Source of the DNA: a virus
Taxonomy: Duplodnaviria > Caudoviricetes
Length of the DNA stretch: 33,190 nucleotides
Strand: one strand, 5' to 3'
Virus record (IMG/VR): IMGVR_UViG_3300048577_000421
Span: 1-33,190 of that record
The notes under the pieces were generated by a model. It searched no databases. It was given only the letters and a program-made list of their open reading frames with translations, and was not told the origin of the DNA. Both the position numbers and the translations under genes were made by a program. Below are positions 1 through 8,453 of the stretch, one piece after another; the first letter of the stretch is position 1, and each line of letters starts with the position of its first letter.

Positions 1-834
1 TTACGCTCTTATCAGCATGATATCTTTATATCTGTTTGCTCCGTTTACTGTTGAATTAATCTCCACCCGTTTTGCTCTACGAAGAGGATTTTTAATATGA
101 ACATTTTTTTCGGCCCAGTCCAACAACTCAATTAGAGATGATTTTTCTGAGGTGAAAAAGGCAAACTGACCCATTTTTAAGCAGGATAAGACGTCGAGAT
201 AATCTCGTAGCTTCCAGTAGCAGGAATACATGCTAACATCTGTGTTTAAATAGGGAGGGTCGCATATAAAAAAGACCTTTTTACTATTCTTAAACTCATC
301 ATATAGCACTCTAAAGTCTGTTGACCTACATTCTAATCCATAAAAATAATCATCGGCAAGCTTATAGTCTGAAAGGCGAATACAGTTGTAAAAAGAACCT
401 TCCTTTTTTAGACTATCGAGGCTAGTAGCATATTTTGGAGAGAACAACAACGAAGAGCTAATTGTAATAAAATCAACGTAGGATAGGTTGCTATAGCGTT
501 CAATCAACAATAAGGCCTCCTCTCTTAATTATCTTGGAACCTTTTTATCCTTTTTGACGTCTTTAAATAGCAGGCGTAAGTCTGATAGAATAGCATTCGT
601 GGTTGGTATTGCCTTAACTCTCATTTGAAAATTATCGAAGTCGTTGTATATAACCCGACTATTGGGCTTTACATCCTTTGCTGCTCTTGAAAGAAGTCCG
701 GAACCTCCAAAGAGGTCTACAAAAATGGTATCATCTGGAAGTTGTGAAATTTCTTTACAAAATTCTACAACAAAATTTCTTTTTTGTCCTTGAAAAGGGA
801 GTGGTGCCTGCTTAAACTTTACTGGCATTTTCAT
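1..834 (-). pseudogene. N6-adenine DNA methyltransferase (Dam/D12-like) interrupted by one in-frame TAA at 531-529
   Basis: ORF 529-834 has motif I (VDLFGGSG) and ORF 1-510 has motif IV (DPPY). Both are in one frame, reading ...VPR*LREEALLLIERY... Confidence 0.85.
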
Positions 835-875
835 TAAAAAAATGATTTAAAAGGTGTTTAAAGGTGATTTAAAAT

Positions 876-906
876 AAAAAAGCTCCGCTTGCTGGCGGAG
901 CTTTTT
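876..906. terminator. Intrinsic terminator, bidirectional type, downstream of the lipoprotein gene
   Basis: AAAAAGCTCCGC-TTGCTG-GCGGAGCTTTTT: perfect stem flanked by A and T tracts. Confidence 0.85.
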
Positions 907-920
907 ATAAAGTAGAAGGT

Positions 921-1514
921 CTACCTTAACTCGTCAACATACTTTTTCCATTTGTCTTTTATCATCGGAACAAAAACATAGGCGCTATCGAACAGCTGGT
1001 AGCAGCGCTGATAGTTACCAGCAGCAAAAGCGGCGGTTATATCTTTCCGGGCACGCATCACCACCTCGTTGGGTATGTAAGCTATCGTGTCGTAGTCACA
1101 GAAAGCAGGAATGGCAGAAGAGCGGGGATTTATTGGCCTACCGTCCTTGTCAAAGAAGGCAGTTACGTAAATATTTTTAATGTCAGTAAGCATATTACCT
1201 AGATGCTGCTGCCCATTCCCATCCTCATAAACAACGTCTACCCCCCACCACTTGAGAAGGTAATTAACGCTATCCCGCTGAGTATCGGAAAAGCCTCTAC
1301 CATAGCCAGCCTTGTTATCGCTTTCAGAAAATCCTCGGAATCCAGAGGCATATCTAACCACAAATTTTACCTCTGCTGGCGTCCCTGTTGATTTTAGGCT
1401 CATTTTTCCCCTAATGCTAATGGTGGAGTTGGGGTCGATGCCCCCTTTTTGTTCCTTCTCGCATCCGCATAGAGCTGCTGATGCCAGCACTACAACTGCT
1501 AAAAACTTTTTCAT
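921..1514 (-). CDS. Lipoprotein of unknown function (moron-like)
   Basis: Signal peptide II MKKFLAVVVLASAALCG-C followed by charged EKEQK; candidate promoter upstream and terminator downstream. Confidence 0.8.
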   Translation of the reverse strand: MKKFLAVVVLASAALCGCEKEQKGGIDPNSTISIRGKMSLKSTGTPAEVKFVVRYASGFRGFSESDNKAGYGRGFSDTQRDSVNYLLKWWGVDVVYEDGNGQQHLGNMLTDIKNIYVTAFFDKDGRPINPRSSAIPAFCDYDTIAYIPNEVVMRARKDITAAFAAGNYQRCYQLFDSAYVFVPMIKDKWKKYVDELR

Positions 1515-1540
1515 ATATATTTTTTTATTTAAACGCTACT

Positions 1541-1548
1541 CAAATGTA
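1541..1548 (-). promoter_or_regulatory. Bacteroidota -7 promoter element (TACATTTG) upstream of the lipoprotein gene
   Basis: Exact TAnnTTTG match about 26 nt upstream of ATG 1514, overlapping the inverted repeat CGCTAC/GTAGCG. No properly spaced -33 TTTG seen. Confidence 0.55.
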
Positions 1549-1552
1549 GCGC

Positions 1553-2095
1553 TTATTCGTTAAACTTCGCGTTATTCAGCAAACATTTTTCAACCCTGTC
1601 GCTATAAGCTTGTAAGAACAGGGATGCCTTTGATGATTTGAGGAGGTAGATGTCATTATCTAACGTTGGAAGGCTAACATCCTTAAGCAGTCCAAGGGAT
1701 AAGTTTACCCCAACCCTCAGCCAGTTTAGCTGGGCGTTGGCCGATAGGCTAAACCGATGCCCATCAAAATCAAAACCCTGCCCGATATTGGTGGCCACCT
1801 CCCTGTCGCAAGCGCCAACGTATCGCTGCCGATCCGCCTTTTGCTGTGCCATCCTTGCTGCATCGAGCTGCTGCTGGCAGCGCGGAACGAAGGCTCCCTT
1901 CTCGAAGTCTACCGGATAGATGCCATTCTCGATTGGGGGGATGTTATCCTCGCTATAAACGTTCTCTACGAGCGTCAGTACGCCATCGTCATAGCTACCC
2001 AAACCGCGCTCCAGCAGCTCCTGAACATCCCGAGCGCAGCAGTCAAACTTCAGGTAGGGCGGGTAGTCCACCCTTGTACAAGTAAAAAATTTCAT
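1553..2095 (-). CDS. Tail fibre assembly/associated protein (DUF4376-like)
   Basis: Directly downstream of the fibre gene; GFDFDGHRFSLSANAQLNW segment. Start moved to ATG 2095 (MKFF) to remove the overlap. Confidence 0.6.
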   Translation of the reverse strand: MKFFTCTRVDYPPYLKFDCCARDVQELLERGLGSYDDGVLTLVENVYSEDNIPPIENGIYPVDFEKGAFVPRCQQQLDAARMAQQKADRQRYVGACDREVATNIGQGFDFDGHRFSLSANAQLNWLRVGVNLSLGLLKDVSLPTLDNDIYLLKSSKASLFLQAYSDRVEKCLLNNAKFNE

Positions 2096-2105
2096 AAGCC
2101 AAATC

Positions 2106-4262
2106 TTAACGTAAGCGGTACATAACAAAGTTGAATCCCATATCTTGAAAGGAACCAGGGTCATTAAACATGTTTACCACAAAGGAGTTTAGCTGGCGGT
2201 CATCCCATGTACCATAGTTGTCATACTCGGTGTTGCCCAACACCCTTGCCGTTATTAGGACTCCATAGTAAGCAATGTTGGCATTATGGGTAATCCTATA
2301 CCTTCCATTTCCAATCTTGTCCACAGCGAAGGGATAGGAACCAACCCTATTTTCGCCCCAGTAGTCTTTTATACTGCCCGAAGAATCCACCATTCCTGCA
2401 CAAATCACATCCAAGAAGTGCTCCTTCTTCGAGCCGTCGGGGTTAATGGTACCGCTGGGGAAGCAGGCCTCCAGCTGCTGCTGGGTAAGGTAGCTCCCCT
2501 TGGGCTGGTACTTATCGTCGTGGTTATGGTTGGTATCCGCCTTGGCAGTAGGGTCAAAGTTGCCGGAATGGAAGATTTTTACCCAGTCGCTCCACTCGCT
2601 GGTTGCCCAGTCAGATATAACCCTCAGCCACATTTCCCCATTGCCGGTTTTTCCGCCACCTCCCCTGCTATCTATAAATAATTCGCCACCAAACAAGGGA
2701 CCTTGAAACTGAATCACATTCCCATAAGTGCCGGGGTATCCGTTATCGATAACCCCCCTAAATCTCATTCCTTTAAGATTCCTATTTGCACCAGCTAGTG
2801 CGGGAATACTATCTAGAGAGGAAATGCTGTCATGTACATGGTTTGAGGGTGCCTTTCCTGCCAGCGCATTCATCACGGTGGTCGCAAAGTTGGGGTCGTT
2901 CCCCAGCGCAGCGGCCAGCTCATTGAGCGTATCCAGCGCCGCTGGCGATGAGGCGACCAGCTCCGCCACTTTTTGCTTTACGTGCTCAATGGTGGCGTAA
3001 TTTTCCGGTTTGAAATTTCCTGTATGATAAAAATTCAGAATATCAAACGAGACCTCCTTGCTTATTTCAGACGGTTTCTGCTCATCGGTAATTTCTAAAA
3101 CTCTGTTGATTTTGACTGTTGCAGCAGTATCTTCAACAAACACACTGAACCCTTGCCAGTATGATTGCCGAGGAAACCAAAAGCATAAGTATCCGTTATA
3201 GCAAAAGGCCACAATTCCGTTGATGGGAGCACCCTGTGAAATGCCTCCCTTATGGATAATGGTATTATTGTACATGTACCCTTGAATTTTTAAATCAAAC
3301 GGGTAACCTGCAGAGTAACTATTACCTTGTAGCTCAAATAAAAAAGAAGCTCCTTCTGAATCTTGATACCACAAGGATGTTTTAATTAACGTGCCATAAA
3401 CAAAGTCTCGCTTTGTTTGCTTGGGTTGTATGATAGAAAGGCTAAGACCGCCAAGCTTTTCAGCATCCTTTGCTGTTTCTGTTTTCCCAAGGTAGCTGTC
3501 ATGCGTATGGTTTGTACTAGCCTTTCCCGCCAGCTGTTTGGTCATGGTTGCCGCAAAGTTGGGGTCATTTCCCAGCGCAGCGGCCAGCTCGTTGAGCGTG
3601 TCCAGCGCGGCTGGTGATGAGGCCACCAGCTCTGCAATTTTTTGGGCAACATCGGCGGGAGTCGCCTTGGCATTCCACTCGCTAATTTTAGCGGCGGACA
3701 CCATCCGGTTCTGGTCATCCTGCTCGATCATGGAGGCGGGATGCTTGGCCGGGTGAACGTAGTTGTTAGCGTTAGCCTCAATGCCCGTTAGCTTGCTGCG
3801 CTCCGTATCGGTAAGGAAGCGGTGCTTGGCATCCTGAATGGCATCTACAAAGCTTTTGCCTCCTGCTACGCCAACCTCGAGGTACGGCTTATCGGTAGGT
3901 TTAACCCCAGCAGCGGCAGCCCTGAAGTCGTAGGCGATGGGCTTCACCTTTAAGTCTGCATAGGCACGCTCAAGTGTAGAGTAGGATAGCGTAAGGTATA
4001 TAGGTAGCGTAACACCCGTAATGCCAGCAAACGGAGCCACCTTAAAGGTAGGCTGCCCGTTCTGGTCTGTCCCCTCCAGCGCCACCATGCCTGGCGTAAC
4101 GGAGTAGGTATTCCCCGTTTGAATCACGTCGCAACCCCTAATGATGCAGGAGCCGTACTCCTCAAAAAAGGCGGTTATAGCCACCAGCGGCTCGTGCTGG
4201 AGGTCTACCAGGTCTTGCCCCGCCCACTTCCTGACCCCCGTTTTTTGTACTTGCTCCTTCAT
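2106..4262 (-). CDS. Modular tail fibre protein
   Basis: Follows the baseplate genes; two LDTLNELAAALGNDPNFA fibre repeats, HxH motifs (NHTH, NHVH, NHNH) and a knob-like WSDWVKIFHSGNF segment. Confidence 0.88.
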   Translation of the reverse strand: MKEQVQKTGVRKWAGQDLVDLQHEPLVAITAFFEEYGSCIIRGCDVIQTGNTYSVTPGMVALEGTDQNGQPTFKVAPFAGITGVTLPIYLTLSYSTLERAYADLKVKPIAYDFRAAAAGVKPTDKPYLEVGVAGGKSFVDAIQDAKHRFLTDTERSKLTGIEANANNYVHPAKHPASMIEQDDQNRMVSAAKISEWNAKATPADVAQKIAELVASSPAALDTLNELAAALGNDPNFAATMTKQLAGKASTNHTHDSYLGKTETAKDAEKLGGLSLSIIQPKQTKRDFVYGTLIKTSLWYQDSEGASFLFELQGNSYSAGYPFDLKIQGYMYNNTIIHKGGISQGAPINGIVAFCYNGYLCFWFPRQSYWQGFSVFVEDTAATVKINRVLEITDEQKPSEISKEVSFDILNFYHTGNFKPENYATIEHVKQKVAELVASSPAALDTLNELAAALGNDPNFATTVMNALAGKAPSNHVHDSISSLDSIPALAGANRNLKGMRFRGVIDNGYPGTYGNVIQFQGPLFGGELFIDSRGGGGKTGNGEMWLRVISDWATSEWSDWVKIFHSGNFDPTAKADTNHNHDDKYQPKGSYLTQQQLEACFPSGTINPDGSKKEHFLDVICAGMVDSSGSIKDYWGENRVGSYPFAVDKIGNGRYRITHNANIAYYGVLITARVLGNTEYDNYGTWDDRQLNSFVVNMFNDPGSFQDMGFNFVMYRLR
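2883..3635. repeat. 84-bp direct repeat pair (2883-2966 and 3552-3635) inside the tail fibre gene
   Basis: Both copies encode AELVASSPAALDTLNELAAALGNDPNFA. By manual count 76/84 nt are identical and all 8 differences are at third codon positions. Offset 669 nt. Confidence 0.9.
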
Positions 4263-4741
4263 TACTGCTGAATTATCTTAAACGTTGTAAGCGCCTGCTT
4301 GTACTTTTCGACCTCGGCGCCAATTAGGTCGGCATTCACCCCCTTGGGGATGTACACCACAAAGTCCACATCCCCGAATAGCAGCCTCATCTCCCCATCT
4401 AGGGGGATGGCCACCATGTCGGCCACCTCGTCGCCAAACGAGGGCTGCTGGGTGGTGCCCTCCTCCTCAAGGCAAACGGGCAGCAGGCCATCCTCGAAGG
4501 TGACAATCTTAATGGCTATCGGCTCGTTGTACTTCTTACGCAAATACCCCTCAAATACCTTCACCTGGCTGTTGACGTTGATCATCATCCGGGTGTTGGT
4601 ACGCCATCCGTCAAAGGAGGCGAAAAGGGTGTTTAAAGGAACTGCTATGAGAGGCTGCAACCAGTCGAGCCTTTTAGTCTGTCGCTTTTCTGGAGGCAAA
4701 AGCACTCTTACCAGCCTTATAAATCCAGCTTTTACGTTCAT
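4262..4741 (-). CDS. Baseplate wedge protein (gpI-like by position)
   Basis: Lies between the J-like gene and the fibre gene with overlapping start/stop codons. Confidence 0.55.
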   Translation of the reverse strand: MNVKAGFIRLVRVLLPPEKRQTKRLDWLQPLIAVPLNTLFASFDGWRTNTRMMINVNSQVKVFEGYLRKKYNEPIAIKIVTFEDGLLPVCLEEEGTTQQPSFGDEVADMVAIPLDGEMRLLFGDVDFVVYIPKGVNADLIGAEVEKYKQALTTFKIIQQ

Positions 4742-5544
4742 CGACCCAGGTTTTTGGTAGAAGTAAAGGTTAGCGTACTGCCTGCATCGTAGTCGTAGTA
4801 TCCCGATTCAAGGGTCGAGAAAACAGGAATAGGAACAAAGGCTACATCCGACACCCCTTTACGCGATACGCTCTTTAGGTCAATAGTAACCACACCGCTC
4901 ACACCCATTATAGCCTCGGCAAAGCGCTGGCGGTAAAACGTAGAGTCAAAGCCAAGCGATGTTTTAAACCTGATAATGGCCGCCTCCACCTCTGAACGCA
5001 CGGTGGTAACCGGGACGGCAGGGTCGTAAAATACCTCCACATCGTAACGGATAATGTCTGCGGTAGTGCTCACCACCTCCGTCTGCAGCCCGGCAAACTT
5101 TACCGCGTCGATGTACCCCGTAAAGTTGTACTTCTCATCCTCCGTAAGGGGGACAATCTTTCCGTTATCATCCAGCTTAGCTACCTTAACCACCAATTTG
5201 TTAACACCCTCCGTGATGGCCACCACGCTCACGATTCTAGCTTTTGAATCATCCGTTGAATAGTAAAGCATGGCGGTTTTATCGTCAAACAGCAGCTCGT
5301 GGCCATTTTGGAAGCGGTAGCACATCTCGGCATACCACCTAATTGTTCCTGGCGTGATTTTATTGGTTAGCTCATCCACCTCCTTGCGGAAGATATCAAG
5401 TATAACCTCAAAAGCCTGAATGGAGGCGGCCACAACAAATGTCCACAACCGCCACTCGGCTACCTTGGAGGTGGAAAGCACGTACCCCCTCTTGGCAAGG
5501 CTCTGCTCTATGGCGCTCTGTATTTCTGCTACCGTTCTTGCCAT
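4738..5544 (-). CDS. Baseplate J-like protein
   Basis: Position, size and C-terminal AIMGVSGVVTI...GYY pattern typical of J-like wedge proteins. Confidence 0.65.
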   Translation of the reverse strand: MARTVAEIQSAIEQSLAKRGYVLSTSKVAEWRLWTFVVAASIQAFEVILDIFRKEVDELTNKITPGTIRWYAEMCYRFQNGHELLFDDKTAMLYYSTDDSKARIVSVVAITEGVNKLVVKVAKLDDNGKIVPLTEDEKYNFTGYIDAVKFAGLQTEVVSTTADIIRYDVEVFYDPAVPVTTVRSEVEAAIIRFKTSLGFDSTFYRQRFAEAIMGVSGVVTIDLKSVSRKGVSDVAFVPIPVFSTLESGYYDYDAGSTLTFTSTKNLGR

Positions 5545-5549
5545 TTCTG

Positions 5550-5834
5550 CTAAAGATTAAAGGTTGTAATAGGTTCTGTCAGCTCCTTTACCACGTTGGC
5601 ATTAATAAGATGGCTATCTGTATCAATAAGTACTTCTGAGCCTGGTAAAACGGCCAGCTGCAGGTAAAATGAGGTGTCAGAGATAGGATCTATTCCAACA
5701 GCCACCTTGGCGTAGGGGGCATTCTTCAAGTCGGGGTTGAGTGATAACACCTCCGCTAACGCATCCACTGTACCGTAAGCCTGCAGGCAGATATCGTAGA
5801 TGGTTTGGTTTTGGATAACGGTTATGCTACTCAT
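5550..5834 (-). CDS. LysM/tail X-like baseplate protein
   Basis: VIQNQTIYDICLQAYG...LNPDL is a LysM-like pattern. Confidence 0.65.
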   Translation of the reverse strand: MSSITVIQNQTIYDICLQAYGTVDALAEVLSLNPDLKNAPYAKVAVGIDPISDTSFYLQLAVLPGSEVLIDTDSHLINANVVKELTEPITTFNL

Positions 5835-6114
5835 AGTAAGCCTCCACCGCCAAGTTTCCGTTTACCACCGCAACGGCATTTACGCGCATGCCATCGCGCG
5901 TAAACTCCAGCCTTGCCGTACGTAGCAGCTGCTCCGGATTGCTCTCGTTCACCTGCGAAGCGATATCCACACCAACAGCCGGGGCGGACTTGTAGTGCCC
6001 TTTGGCCGTAACAAGGATGTCGCGCTGATGCTGCAGCGTGCTGTCTGCCACGTAGCCGATGTCGTCAGTGATAACAACATCCCCGTTGTCGTCAAGTAGA
6101 ATATCCCTCATCAC
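5827..6114 (-). CDS. gp25/gpW-like baseplate (sheath initiator) protein
   Basis: DILLDDNGD...KGHYKSAPAVGVD pattern, size and position. Confidence 0.6.
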   Translation of the reverse strand: MMRDILLDDNGDVVITDDIGYVADSTLQHQRDILVTAKGHYKSAPAVGVDIASQVNESNPEQLLRTARLEFTRDGMRVNAVAVVNGNLAVEAYYE

Positions 6115-6332
6115 GCAATCGTACAGGTGAACTTCCCGGTGACTGGCCCTCCTGAAGGGGGCGCAACCAGCCCGGTGCTGTAGGTTATCTCCATGCTCTT
6201 GATGGCTTCGACAATGGCTATCGCCAGCTTGTCGGACACCTTGTCTAGGGCTTCATCCCTGTTCTCCTCCTGGCTCATGACGGCGGTAAAGGCCTCCTTC
6301 ACCGCCGCCTTAATGGTATTTTTTTCCAGCAT
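6111..6332 (-). CDS. Small baseplate-region protein
   Basis: Tightly packed ORF directly after the spike gene; C-terminal GLVAPPSGGPVTG. Confidence 0.55.
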   Translation of the reverse strand: MLEKNTIKAAVKEAFTAVMSQEENRDEALDKVSDKLAIAIVEAIKSMEITYSTGLVAPPSGGPVTGKFTCTIA

Positions 6333-6334
6333 TG

Positions 6335-6883
6335 TTACCCCTCCATGTATTTGGTTAGCTCCTGCTTTATCTTCACAAAATCTGCCGCGTTGATAGGCAC
6401 GCCCGAAGGGCCTACGCCTGTTGTTACGGTTAGCTTGGTCAGCGCCTCCAGCAGCGCCTCCAGCGTTTTTTTTAGGCCTGCTCCATCCCTTGAGAGGGTG
6501 AATCCCTGCTCGGTCATCTTCAGGGTGGACTTGCCAACGGTAGCAAGGCAGCCCTTTTCGTCAACGCTCGCCGCCACCTTATCGGCTACGGTGAGCAGCA
6601 CCTTGGACACCTCCGAAAAGAGCTCAACATACAGATGGCTACCTCCCGCCACCCGAGCCACCACCACGGTGCTCTTTACGGTTGGGATAAGGCAAAACCC
6701 CTTTAGGGCTGCCTTCTCAACGGCGTAGAGCAGCACCTGCTCGTAGGTGACCCCCTCGCTGCTTACGCTGCAGGTTCGGTGCTGCTCGTCCACGCTCTCC
6801 ACCACCGCATAAAACGATACGGCTCCCGCCTCGTTTAGGCGCCGTTCGATAATCCGCCTTAGCTCGTCCATACCCTTTCCCAT
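6335..6883 (-). CDS. Baseplate spike (gpV/gp45-like)
   Basis: OB-fold-like N-terminus (AVVESVD...TCSV...PTVKSTVVV), short beta repeats and C-terminal TGVGPSGVP. Confidence 0.65.
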   Translation of the reverse strand: MGKGMDELRRIIERRLNEAGAVSFYAVVESVDEQHRTCSVSSEGVTYEQVLLYAVEKAALKGFCLIPTVKSTVVVARVAGGSHLYVELFSEVSKVLLTVADKVAASVDEKGCLATVGKSTLKMTEQGFTLSRDGAGLKKTLEALLEALTKLTVTTGVGPSGVPINAADFVKIKQELTKYMEG

Positions 6884-6887
6884 ACCG

Positions 6888-7841
6888 CTACACCTTTACT
6901 CCTATATCCACCTTGCGGCGGGCTCCTGATGTTCCAAAGGTCGTCTCCACCCCCTCCACGTAGTACGATCCGTTTCTTTCCCCGTAAAGGGTGTCCTCAA
7001 TGTGGGCTACCATTCCTGGCGCGGCAAAGGGGAAAAGGAAGGTTTCCAGCTTTCCCGCGTAGCCGTCGTAGCGGCTTCTTTTCAGCTCGGCATCGGCTAG
7101 GACGGATAGCTCCTTCTGATCCTTTACGTCGTAGAAGTAGACCGTTTTCTCCCTGCCGCCATCAGCGCCTACCGTTGCCTCCACCTTGGTGCCATCCCGG
7201 TAGATGCATACCGCCTTTACCTTCAGCTTTACATCATCGGCATGCTGGTAGGTGAGGTCGTCATCGCTGATGACGTTCTCCCGCAGGCGGTACCTCACCG
7301 TATCGCCAACCAGCTTGTGGGGCTCGCTGGCGTACACGCGCCCCTCCATGTCGAAGTAGATGCACAGCCCGTAGTCCGTTTTGAGCTTGCCCAGCACCCA
7401 CGCCACGGGCTTGGTCGATACGCTGAAGGCGCTTAGCGTTAGCTTAGCCGCGTAGCCCACCTGCAGGCCGCACTTTTTAAGCAGCACCTCCAGCGTTGTT
7501 TTGCCGGAGTGGGTGATGCTACGCTCGCGGGTAAGGTAGAAGGCATCCTCGCAGGCTATCTCGAGCGGCGCCTTCAGGTTGAGCTGGCGCACGTACCCCT
7601 TAAACTCCCGGTTGTAGCTGCCGTTGTAGCCCAGCCGAATCTCCACCGGATCGCCCACCTTGATGGACTTGGCCGTCTCGATGTAGACGGAGGGCTGCCC
7701 CTGCTGCTTCAGCACCGCCGTAACGGGGACTTTTATCGTTGCCGTAGCCCCCAGCTCGTAGACCGAGCGCCTAACGACCACCTCGTGCACCCCGTTAAAG
7801 GCCTTGCCTCCTACGGTTATTTGGCTGCATAGCGCGTACAT
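6888..7841 (-). CDS. Baseplate hub (late control D/gp44-like)
   Basis: GDPVEIRLGY...FKGYV and YYVEGVETTFGTSGARR patterns. Confidence 0.75.
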   Translation of the reverse strand: MYALCSQITVGGKAFNGVHEVVVRRSVYELGATATIKVPVTAVLKQQGQPSVYIETAKSIKVGDPVEIRLGYNGSYNREFKGYVRQLNLKAPLEIACEDAFYLTRERSITHSGKTTLEVLLKKCGLQVGYAAKLTLSAFSVSTKPVAWVLGKLKTDYGLCIYFDMEGRVYASEPHKLVGDTVRYRLRENVISDDDLTYQHADDVKLKVKAVCIYRDGTKVEATVGADGGREKTVYFYDVKDQKELSVLADAELKRSRYDGYAGKLETFLFPFAAPGMVAHIEDTLYGERNGSYYVEGVETTFGTSGARRKVDIGVKV

Positions 7842-7844
7842 CGG

Positions 7845-8453
7845 CTACGAGGTTACGGTTAGCACAAAGGGGCTGTCAGACTCCATCTCCAGCTTAATGG
7901 CCTGCATATCCTCCACGCCGGGCGTTGGCGGAAAGTCCCAGCTCTGAATAACCACCCGATCTTCAGGATCGAGGAGAAGGTCGGAGAGCGCGCTAACCAG
8001 CCGAATGGACTCGTTAACCTGTATCAGCGCGTTCATCTCGCTTACGGCAGCTTCCGGGTAAGTGCCATCTGCCGAAAAAAAGAGCCCCGTGATGCTAATT
8101 TTGGCATCGTCCATGCTAATGAGCTCCTTTACCGATCCCCGCCTTCCGGGCATGGGCGTTTTGACGGTCGTTTTAGACCCGGAGATGCTGATGATAGCCA
8201 AGGGTATCTCCAGCGTTTTGCCCTTATGCTCCAGCGCTACGGGCATGAAGTACCAGCGCCCCTCGTGCTGCGCCCACAGGCGCGACCCCTTTTGGGTAAA
8301 CTCCTGACGTGGCGGTGCGGTTGTTGTTAGCTCGTACTCCGGGATGCCCACCTGCTGCGGTGGGGGTATCAGCCCGGGGAAGGGAACCCCCTTGTATCCG
8401 GACAGGCCCGTAAGCAGGCTGCGCAGGTTGAATTCGTTAAGCATAGTCGTCAA
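7845..8453 (-). CDS. Tail tube initiator-like protein (DUF6046-like)
   Basis: Immediately after tape measure; KTPMPGRRGSVKELI...ISITG...ESD pattern. Confidence 0.6.
   Translation of the reverse strand: MTTMLNEFNLRSLLTGLSGYKGVPFPGLIPPPQQVGIPEYELTTTAPPRQEFTQKGSRLWAQHEGRWYFMPVALEHKGKTLEIPLAIISISGSKTTVKTPMPGRRGSVKELISMDDAKISITGLFFSADGTYPEAAVSEMNALIQVNESIRLVSALSDLLLDPEDRVVIQSWDFPPTPGVEDMQAIKLEMESDSPFVLTVTS

Noticed and set aside
529-531. Genome-wide stop-codon reassignment explaining the MTase stop
   Set aside because: TAA, TAG and TGA all end other genes normally.
2883-3635. Fibre repeats as a DGR template/variable pair or an invertible segment
   Set aside because: Repeats are direct, differences are synonymous and not adenine-specific, and no reverse transcriptase or invertase is in the window.
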